Origin: Eledone cirrhosa
Taxonomy: Eukaryota
Direction of reading: 5' to 3'
NCBI GenBank assembly: GCA_964016885.1
Contig: OZ024740.1
Location: 242,668,001 to 242,732,000, forward strand
Length of the DNA: 64,000 nucleotides
The notes under the pieces are model-generated. The model was given only the letters and a program-made list of their open reading frames with translations. It did no database searches and was not told the DNA's origin. The translations under genes were made by a program, and so were the position numbers. Shown here piece by piece: positions 1-9,394 of this stretch (its first letter is position 1; every line of letters begins with the position of its first letter).

Positions 1-221
1 TGGGTTGCCCACGTCATAAGATAAGTGTGGCCAGCTGACCACGCCATACCTTACTCAAATGGAATTGTATTTCGGCTGTATTCCGTGGTATTTTCTTCGT
101 GGTTATAAGAGGCTTAGCTCTGTTTCTCGACCGTTATATCGCGTGACTGTCTCCCCCTCCGCCTTTTGGGATTCTTTCTCGCGTCGTGTAGACGCGTTCT
201 TGAGACTAGTAAAATGAGGTA

Positions 222-309
222 TCCTCTTGATAAGTCGGCAGACCTCGCAAGGACTCTATATCTTTGATATATTGTTTTTGTTTATGCCACAAAACTACGT
301 AGTCGAGGA
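222..309 (+). ncRNA. Type-I hammerhead ribozyme, probably inactive copy (GAAA->AAAA)
   Basis: TCCTC-TTGATAA-stem II-AAAAC-TACGTA-GTC-GAGGA; catalytic G12 replaced by A at 291. Confidence 0.65.
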
Positions 310-812
310 ATTTAGGAACAGTTTAGGTATGATACATTTTATTACTAATTATATCTAAATGTTTCTTCTCTCTTCATAATGTATTTTTAACTCTGATACT
401 GGTTCAGTCTGGTTCAAACTGAATTAGTCTGTCCCAGTCATTCATTGAGCAACATCGGTGAAGTTGGCACCCTTAACTCACAGTTGGGTGCGGATGCATT
501 CATGTATATATGTGTGTGTCCGCATGTATCTGTGTGTTTCTAAATATATTAATAACTCCCTCTGGTCGAGCAATCTTTGAAGTGTTGGGACAACTGGAAA
601 GCTTCCATTACTCATACTTCTCGCCTTCTTCACTACCTCTTCTGCGGCCTCGATGTGAATACCCCCTCCGCCTCCGTGGTATTTTCTTCGTGGTTATAAG
701 AGGCTTAGCTCTGTTTCTCGACCGTTATATCGCGTGACTGTCTCCCCCTCCGCCTTTTGGGATTCTTTCTCGCGTCGTGTAGACGCGTTCTTGAGACTAG
801 TAAAATGAGGTA

Positions 813-900
813 TCCTCTTGATAAGTCGGCAGACCTCGCAAGGACTCTATATCTTTGATATATTGTTTTTGTTTATGCCACGAAACTACGTAGTCGAGGA
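813..900 (+). ncRNA. Type-I hammerhead ribozyme with U3-A8 core variant
   Basis: Stem I TCCTC/GAGGA; core TTGATAA (818-824); stem II GT(C)GGCA/TGCCAC with long loop; GAAAC 882-886; palindromic stem III AC-TACGTA-GT; GUC cleavage triplet 893-895. Confidence 0.8.
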
Positions 901-969
901 ATTTAGGAACAGTTTAGGTATGATACATTTTATTACTAATTATATCTAAATGTTTCTTCTCTCTTCATA

Positions 970-1031
<62 letters not shown>

Positions 1032-1898
1032 TTTGGGAGGTTCATGTTGCCAATAAAAACACGTGCACCAAAGTATAACAATATCAGTTTCAATACACGT
1101 TTTCAGATAAATCTCACAAAAAAAAATTCAAAAACGAATCATATATATATATATATATTAAAATAACAGATTAAAGTTTAAGCAAAGAATCGCTTCTTTC
1201 ACCTTTAACGGGATCTTCTGAAACTAAAAAAAAAAATCAATCTGTGAACGCAGAAGTATATATTTCGGAAAACGTTGGAACCGAAGGAAGACAGGAAGAC
1301 GATACTTTGGTTCGTGGAAACGTTACCTGGCAAAGAACGGAAAAAAACGAAGATAATACGTCATTATTAGGAGCGGTGAAAACAATTACGTGCAAAGACA
1401 AAACCACGTTTATGTATAAATGAAGTCGTAGACTAATATTCTATTAGGTGGTTCGTGGAGACGTTCTCTGGCAATGAACGGAAAAAACGAAGATAATACG
1501 TCATTATGAGGAGAGGTGGGGACAATTACGCGCAAAGACAAAACCACGTTTATGGTATAACTGAAGTCGTAACTAAAAGTCTATTTAGGAAACCGAAGGA
1601 TTCTCGGCTTCAGAGGTAAGAATAAAGTAAATAAATTACAGAGGTAATTGAAATCAACAAAAATTAAATATATACATGCACGCATCCATATATGTACATA
1701 CACATGCATACGCGAAAACACCCGCCATGGGTATGCAAATACAAGCACATACACAAAAACACGCACGCACATAATGAACCCATGCAACGCCTGTACTCGC
1801 ACACATACGAACGTATACACCAAATACACAAACAAATATATATAAAAAAAATATATATATATATGTGTGTGTGTGTGTATACATATAATTATATAAAC

Positions 1899-1938
<40 letters not shown>

Positions 1939-2146
1939 CAATATGTATATAGCGCGCGCACACACATACCTACAAGTAAATACACATATGTTCGCTAAAC
2001 GTACGTCAACCAAAGACAATTACACATAAACACACACCCGACATACGTGCGAACCTGCATACTCACACAGACGCAAAACTCACGTATACACATAACCATA
2101 TGCACATGTACCAGTATATATAATATAATATATACGCCTATAACAT

Positions 2147-2508
2147 CTCTAAGGCGGGTAAAATTCCCGAGATCCATGGACGAGTTCTCTCCAGCGGTCT
2201 CTGTCCCCCATTATCGCTGCCATGTCCTGCGTCTCCAACAGACCAGTGTCTGTCCTTAGGGCATCAAAATACGTTAACCTTGGTCTTCCACTTCTAGTGT
2301 GTCCATGTAGGGGCTCCCAAAGGAGCACTGAGTGCAATGTCAACTCTGGATGTCGGTGAGCATGTCCAGCTAACCTCAGTCTCCTCTGTGTCACTTTTGA
2401 GCTGACTTTTGGGATGCTCCCATACAGCTCTGAGTTTTTCATCCTCAGTGTATACTGATTAATGTTCAGAGCCATCCTCAGCATTCTCGTGTAGCACCCA
2501 TCCACCAT
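2147..2508 (-). mobile_element. RTE-clade LINE 3' fragment nested in the Penelope UTR
   Basis: DGCYTRMLRMALN..RRLRLAGH..GRPRLTY C-terminus; 9-bp TSD CTATAACAT at 2138-2146 and 2509-2517. Confidence 0.88.
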
Positions 2509-2667
2509 CTATAACATATACAAGCAAATATACGTTCGAGAAAGTATACGTATCTTCACAAAACACACAGGTAATATATACTTACCTATACAAATAAGTA
2601 ATGGTATAAACATAACATATACTTAGCTACCACATCATTTTCGTAAATTATCCGCCTATAGTTCGTA

Positions 2668-3017
2668 CTATCCGTTAGGGTATAATGTGGGGCTGTAATA
2701 CAGGAAAGTTTTGTGCAATTTATGTTTACAAGCCGAAATTGCCTCAGATTTTTTGTTTAAGATGTGGTCTTTGGCGTAGAGTATTTCCAGGGCTCCAGCC
2801 GCGCAGAGGTCACATGGTCTTTTATTTCCGTTATACGATCTAGCTTTAGCTAGGATCTCCCAGTGTAACTTATATTGGGTGTGGTTGTCTTTTAGACTCC
2901 AGATATAAGCTGAAAGTGACGTCATATTCCTTCTTAAAGGGTTAAGAAAAGAATGGGTATGCATGTAAAGACGCTGCTTGAATCTATTGGCGGTTAACCC
3001 TATGTAGGCCCTACGTG
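2668..3017 (-). pseudogene. Penelope-like GIY-YIG endonuclease C-terminal fragment (Naiad-like motif pattern)
   Basis: AYIGLTANRFKQRLYMHTHSF..TSLSAYIWSLK..WEIL..CDLC..LNKKSE..CKH; the N-terminal part of ORF 2668..3129 is read-through from the inverted UTR. Confidence 0.85.
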
Positions 3018-3339
3018 CTTGCGACATATATATATATTTTTTTATATATATTTGTTTGTGTATCTCACGCTCCTCATAATGACGTATTATCTTCGTTTTT
3101 TTTCGTTCATTGCCAGAGAACGTCTCCACGATCCACCTAATAGAATATTAGTCTACGACTTCATTTATACCATAAACGTGGTTTTGTCTTCGCGCGTAAT
3201 TGTTTTCATCGCTCCAAATAATGACGTATTATCTTCGTTTTTTTCCGTTCTTTGCCAGGGAACGTTTCCACGAACCAAAGTATCGTCTTCCTGTCTTCCT
3301 TCGGTTGCAGCGTTTTTCGAAATATTTACTTCTGCGTTC

Positions 3340-3415
3340 ACAGATTGATTTTTTTAGTTTCAGAAGATCCCGTTTAGGGTGAAAGCAGCGATTCTTTGCT
3401 TAAACTTTAATCTGT
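3340..3415 (+). ncRNA. Hammerhead-like motif with CAGAAGA core (U4A); mirror copy at ~1166-1245 on minus strand
   Basis: Stem I AGTTT/AAACT extended by ACAGATT/AATCTGT; stem II CCC/GGG; GAAA 3381-3384; stem III AGCA/TGCT; non-canonical core. Confidence 0.5.
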
Positions 3416-3786
3416 TATTTTAATAAATATTTGCTCTGCGGTTCTTATATATTTGATATATATTTATCCTTATCGAGCCCTCTTTGTATTTTAGTCTTCA
3501 AATTTATTATTAATACTATATATATATATGCATATATATATATATATATATATGTATCTATTTGTATATGAGATAAAATATGTTTCTCCTTTTTGTATTG
3601 ATATATATATATATATATCTGATGTACTTCATATACATACACACATATAGAGTGATATGGATCTATCTCATGAATATATTTTTAAATAATATTATTTTTA
3701 TTGTAGTTTTTCTTTCATATTTGTCTACCACAAAACAATTCCATGGCTGAAGCTTTATGGCTCTCTCCCTCTCTCTCTCACTCTCT

Positions 3787-3839
<53 letters not shown>

Positions 3840-4365
3840 GTGCTATTTACTTCTTGTTTTTTCCCTCTTTCCCTTTTTTGTTCATTTCTTTATTGAAAAA
3901 TCTTGTTACTTTCATATAAGTCTAGGGAAGTTAGGTGTTGTTGTTTACACCCATCTTGCACATGATTGAGCAGAATTATGATCAAAGGTATTCCTTTCAT
4001 GGCTTCGTCCAGTGTGTATTTCTAATCGTTTTAGACAGTAAACAGTAATTTAAGACAGATTTGACTACTATTTCTAGCAGAAACAATAGAATATGAAACT
4101 CAATACCTGCCTTACAGTATTTAGAATGATCACTCTAATTTCTGAGTTCAAATCCTACCAAGATTGCCTTGATATCAACGAGTATGGTGGACTTAATCCA
4201 TTGCCTGCTTTAATATCACAACATGGCCCTTGGATGCTTTTTGTGGAGTCCTCGATGTCGCAAGTATTCAAGCCGGATCTCCAGTTTGAGCATACTACTA
4301 CCATTCCAGACTTGGAGGGCCTGAAAAGGTTTGTGGGCACTGTAAGAAAAATATATATTTTTTTA

Positions 4366-4565
4366 TCATCATCAGTGTTTTACTTCTACTTTTCCATGTT
4401 TCCATGGGTTGAACAGATCTTTTTCAGAACAACATCCATCTACTCATTGAAGATCTTCATCATATCCTCTGCCAAGGTCTTCCTTGGTCTCCCTCTACTG
4501 CAGCTTCCTTTCACTGGGATTTCTTGGCACTTCTTCACCCAATGATCATCTTCCATATGCATATA
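4366..4565 (-). mobile_element. Old RTE LINE 3' end fragment
   Basis: Minus strand reads HMEDDHWVKKCQEIPVKGSCSRGRPRKT, followed by the aacccatg..catggaaa 3' UTR and GAT tail. Confidence 0.65.
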
Positions 4566-6695
4566 TGGAAAAACTTTTCTCTTTCTCAGATGTTTTTCCA
4601 TTGGTGAATTGGCAGCTGCATTAGAACTTCAAAGTAATTATTTCAGATTCTTGATTTCTAAATTTAAATAACACTAAAGTGTACTTTGCCTTTTATCACT
4701 TCAGAGTCACTAAATAAAAGCTCTCAGGAAATAGACTGGTGGAGTTATTAGAGAGTCACAGATAGGATCCCTTGAAATGTCTGCTCTGGCTCTTTGCAAT
4801 CTGAGTTCAAATCTCATTGTGGCCAACTTGGGTGGTAGACTTAATCAGTTACTCAGTTTAACACACCAACATACTCCTTTCATGTCTTCAATAGAGACCA
4901 TCCTGTTGTAAGTATTTGGGCCAGGTCTCTAGCTTGGGGATACTATCTTCTCTCCTCCCACTAGTCTTGGTGACTTCTACCTAAGTGATTAAAAAAAAAA
5001 AAGGTTTTTTCCACCATGAAAATATGTAGAGAAATATGTTATTTTGCTTTCTTTACCATATCCTCTTTTTATGTTATGAATGTTGTAGATGTACTGAATG
5101 TATTTTTATTTGTGTGGTATGTTTATGTTATTATTGGATAATTTCTGGTGTTACTGGTAAGATTCAAGATTTGGTAGGTGCTATTTTTGTTTTGGAACCA
5201 TGTTTCTAGATGATTGGTGTTGGGTTTGAGTAGTTGTATAGCTTGCCTGACGAATGGTAAGAAGATGTCACTGTGATGTCATTTACACAGAAAGTTGAGT
5301 ATATGTTTTGTGGAGGTGGGAGCTGCTCATGTTAAAATGAGTTAAAAAAGAGTGAATGAAATTTCTGATGCTTGTAGTACATGGTTTGATAAATGCATCA
5401 ATGGTTTCCTTTACTACAGTAAAAAGAATTAAGTACACCCTGGAAAACATCCATAAAAATGTTCAAGGTTAATAAGTACTGTGTAAGAATATCTAAATAC
5501 ATACGGACCCTAGTATGGCAATTGTCTAGAACATGTCTAATCTGTCAATGTCTTCACAAAAGTAATTGGGCATCATTCCAATTCACAAGACAATGGCCCC
5601 ATTCCTTAATATCTAAGCTGGTGCATTTCTTTAGGTTTTCAGTTCACTTCTGCATAACATTGTAGCTATTTGGTATTACTGTATTGATTATTAATACATT
5701 ATTGTCATTTCTGTCTTGGAAAAATAATAGGTTAATCATGAGCTATCTATTTATCTGTCTGTATGCTAAACTTTCATAGTACTTTCACATTATCAGCCTC
5801 TAAGAGAGCTAGTCTATATAACAACCACAAAGCTTTTACTTTAAAAATTTGAAACTGGAGTTCAGAAATATGTAGAACAGTTTCATTATGTTATTGTGTT
5901 TTGAAGTATGTCCTATAGGTGTTAGTGTTAGATATTCTAATATATTGTGGTGTACTACTTCAGATATTACACTTGTATGTAGTTGACAATTGTCATCTGT
6001 ATTGTAAAAAACAAGAAAGGTAAAATCAGAACACCACACTTATTGATTCCAAAATCCATCCCTATGTCTTTGTTGACTATATGAACAATGAACAGTGTTT
6101 ACTAGTACATCTATTTGATCTTTGTTCTTATATTATTTGTTTAGCATCTCCTTCTTTGATCTTATATGTTATCATTAAACTATCTTATAGGTTTTGATTT
6201 TTAACTGAGTTTTTTGTCATGACTCAAGTGTTACTATTTCTTTTCATAAATATTCCCTTATGTTTCTTCCATATCTGGTCTCTTCTTTATGCCTGTGGGT
6301 TGCCCTACTAATGTATCCACTGCTCTGCATTGCTTATTACATTATCTGCTACATTTTTTTGTCACAAAATAGTCAAGTACCATATCCATTTTTGAGGCTT
6401 TTTCCTCCCACGTTTTCCTATTTACGAACCTTAAACAATTATTATCAAGGACAGGGGAATGGTAAAATTATTGGGATGTTTTTTTTTTTTTGTTATGACA
6501 TTCTACTTTCCGAGTTCAAGTCCTGCTGTTGTCAACTTTGCCTTTCATCATACTGGGGTCGATATAATCGAGAAAAAAAAAATCATTTAATACTGGGGTC
6601 AATTTGTGGCCTATTGGAAAAGTTAGAAATCATCATCATCATCATCATCACTACCTCCACTCCACCCTACTCCTCTCATTATTATTATCTTCATT

Positions 6696-7245
6696 GGCGG
6701 TGAATTGGCAGTATTGGTAGAGGGTTGGACGCAATGCTTTCTAGCAGAATTACATCCCTTTATGGTCTGAGTTCAAATCCCGTCGAGGTTAACTTTGCCT
6801 TTCATCCTTATGGGGTTGATAAAATAAAGTACCAGTAATTCATTCATTTCATTTCATTCATTTCATTTTACGTCCACTTTTCCCTGCTTGCAAGGGTGGG
6901 ACGGGAACTGATTCTGGCTTGATTTCTACAGCTGGATGCCCTTCCTAACACCAACCTCCTTTACAGTGAGTGCTGGGTGCTTTTTTGCCCTGGCACCTCC
7001 ACGACCACTTTGCAGTGGAATGATAGGGACCCCAGTCCCTATCATCTCATTTCTACAGCTGAGTAAACTGGAGCAATGTGAAATAAAGTGTCTTGCTCAA
7101 GGAAACAACACATCACCCGGTCTGAGAATTGAAGCCACAACCTTTCGATTGCAAGCCCAATGCTCTAACCACTAAGCCATGTGCCTCCATTAATGTACTG
7201 GGTAATTGCTGGCCTTGTGCCTAAAGTAGAAACAATTATTATTAT
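6696..7245 (+). mobile_element. tRNA-derived SINE family A (Meta/MESC-like core), split by a nested SINE
   Basis: A box TGGCAGTATTGG, B box GAGTTCAAATCCC, core GCCTTTCATCCTTATGGGGTTGATAAAATAAAGTACCAG; tail resumes at ~7191 and ends in (ATT)n. Confidence 0.85.
6840..7188 (-). mobile_element. tRNA-derived SINE family B (CORE/V-like core) with RTE-derived 3' tail
   Basis: Minus strand: GGAGGCACATGGCTTAGTGGTTAGAGC head; CCTTGAGCAAGACACTTTA core; tail matches the 3' UTR of the RTE at ~11935-12165. Confidence 0.75.
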
Positions 7246-7351
7246 CCTCATTATCAATACTTCAAATTCAAAAGAATGTCTTATATATTGAAGAAACTGA
7301 TACAACAAAGTAACTTTTCTTTCATCTTCTTTCTATTCATTATATTTTCTA

Positions 7352-7980
7352 TTGTTGCTGCTGCCATTGATGTTGTTATTGCTGCTGTTGTTGTTGATGG
7401 TGTTATTGCTGCTGTTGTTGTTGATGGTGTTATTGCTGCTGTTGTTGTTGATGGTGTTATTGCTGCTGCTGTTGTTGATGTTGTTATTGCTGCTGCTGTT
7501 GTTGTCGATGTTGTTATTGCTGCTGTTGTTGTTGATGTTGTTATTGCTGCTGTTGTTGTTGATGTTATTATTGCTGCTGTTGTTGTTGATGTTGTTATTG
7601 CTGCTGTTGTTGTTGATGGTGTTATTGCTGCTGTTGTTGTTGATGGCGTTATTGCTGCTGTTGTTGTTGATGGCGTTATTGCTGCTGTTGTTGTTGATGT
7701 TGTTATTGCTGCTGTTGTTGTTGATGGCGTTATTGCTGCTGTTGTTGTTGATGTTGTTATTGCTGCTGTTGTTGTTGATGGTGTTATTGCTGCTGTTGTT
7801 GTTGATGTTGTTATTGCTGCTGCTGTTGTTGTTGATGGTGTTATTGCTGTTGTTGTTGTTGATGGTGTTATTGCTGCTATTGTTGTTGATGGTGTTATTG
7901 CTGCTGTTGTTGTTGATGTTATTACTGCTGCTGCTGTTGTTGTTATTAATTTTGCTGCTGTTGTTGTTATTGTTATTGCA
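7352..7980. repeat. 27-bp minisatellite built from GTT/GCT/GAT triplets
   Basis: Roughly 20 units of GTTATTGCTGCTGTTGTTGTTGATG(G/T)T; produces spurious VIAAVVVDG and poly-Leu ORFs. Confidence 0.92.
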
Positions 7981-8397
7981 AATGTTACTGTTAACTTTAT
8001 TTCTAGCTTTCGTTGACAGTAGAATTGCTAAAACTGAAATATATTTAGGTTTATTTTCTCTCTACATAATATTATGTATAGTACCAGCTAATTGAAGTAA
8101 AGTTTTTGAGGGGTGGTGTTACGTGTATATATGTGCATGTGACTCTGTGTGCATGTGTGTGTGTGTGTATGTGTGTGTGTGTGTGTGTGCATAGACTGTG
8201 TAACGTGTGTATTGGTACTTGATGTATATACGATGTTTGTGTGGAGTGATATGAATTTTACATCAATTGAATATGAAGTATTTAAGCTCACATACATACA
8301 TATATACATACATACATACACACATACATACACACATACATACATACATTTATACATACATACATACATAAATACACATACATATATACATACACAT

Positions 8398-8735
8398 ATG
8401 ATGGCTGCCCCCTCGTTATCGAGTATGACCATTGCACGATATACCATTATTAATAATTATTAATTAATTCTATCATGCAATGCCTGTGCATGAAGATATT
8501 TTTTAAAGTGAGGAAAACTGTGCACTGAGCCAATCCCACTCTCTGAGTGACAGTAGCTATAACCCGAAAAGAAGAAAAGATCAACATCATCGGTACCTAC
8601 TGAGCCGCAGGTTTTATATCGGAGTTAACCCAGTTTCCTGAGTTGCCTTCTCCTAGAAGAATGTCCTGACAAAAGCTAGGTGTCCTTCACTCCCAGTGGT
8701 TTAACCGCGTGATCAGGTGTCCAGCCCAACTATTT
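8398..8735 (-). mobile_element. Possible short non-autonomous RTE-derived (bipartite) element
   Basis: 8641-8680 resembles the 5' UTR motif of the RTE at 35436-35472; the left end resembles an RTE 3' terminus with a (CAT) tail; no ORF. Confidence 0.4.
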
Positions 8736-8926
8736 CTATGTCCCCGTGCATATACATACATATGTACCCATGCATATACACATATACATATACATACATA
8801 TGTACATGTGTATATACATATTTACACACTTTTGGAAGGCCGTTGACTCTTATGAATTCTTCCGCCCTTTGTGTGTATCCATACATACATACATACATAC
8901 ATATATACATATATACATACATACAT

Positions 8927-9273
8927 ATTGGAAAAAATTTGTGAAATTATAAAACCAGAAGAACATACATACATAACTAGTTAGGAAATTACAAGTAGAA
9001 TCCATTAATGGAACAGTAAAAATATGTAAAACATTCCAAAAATTTTGCATCTAATAACTGCATATACACATGTACAGATACAAAGCATATACACATGCAC
9101 ATATATAACTCAAAACATACACCTCCACACATACAATAACATCCATATCTACACATACATACATACATATCTACCTAGTTGATGTTGTGTAAAATTCCAA
9201 TGAGAGAATCTTGTGTCTATGTTAGAAACCAACTCTCTCTCTATTGGCAAAAATTTGTGAAATTATAAAACCA
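8927..9273 (+). mobile_element. Two tandem 5'-truncated 3' UTR copies of an RLE-type (R4/Dong-like) LINE within (CATA)n
   Basis: Reverse complement of 60490-60790; terminus ATTGG.AAAAATTTGTGAAATTATAAAACCA occurs at 8927 and 9243. Confidence 0.75.
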
Positions 9274-9394
9274 TACATACATACATGCATACATGCATAC
9301 ATGCATACATACATACATACATACATACATACATACATACATACATACATACATACATACATAGATAGGCACATACATAGGCACATACGCACAC

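Larger units (their letters stand above)
82..975 (+). mobile_element. Penelope-like pLTR/retrozyme-like partial tandem repeat (303-bp direct repeat, period 591), ending in (TA)n
   Basis: 82-384 and 673-975 are near-identical; each carries a hammerhead motif; (TA)n follows to ~1030; no ORF. Confidence 0.7.
1156..3517 (-). mobile_element. 5'-truncated Penelope-like element with inverted terminal copy of its 3' UTR/pLTR
   Basis: ~1156-1512 is the reverse complement of ~3069-3423; GIY-YIG remnant lies between; ~140-bp internal tandem duplication in the pLTR; (TA)n on both flanks. Confidence 0.8.

Noticed and set aside
1590-1620. SECIS-like hairpin in the Penelope UTR (minus strand)
   Set aside because: Spacing does not fit AUGA-N11/12-AA..GA, and there is no in-frame UGA in the surviving ORF.
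1581-2259. Many YI/HT/CV-rich ORFs here and throughout the window
   Set aside because: Products of (TA)n, (CA)n and (CATA)n microsatellites.
6696-6790. tRNA gene (A and B boxes)
   Set aside because: Head of a multicopy SINE with core and tail; no convincing cloverleaf.
7276-8095. 246- and 247-aa ORFs (VIAAVVVDG repeats, poly-Leu)
   Set aside because: Translations of a stop-free minisatellite; no domain or splice evidence.
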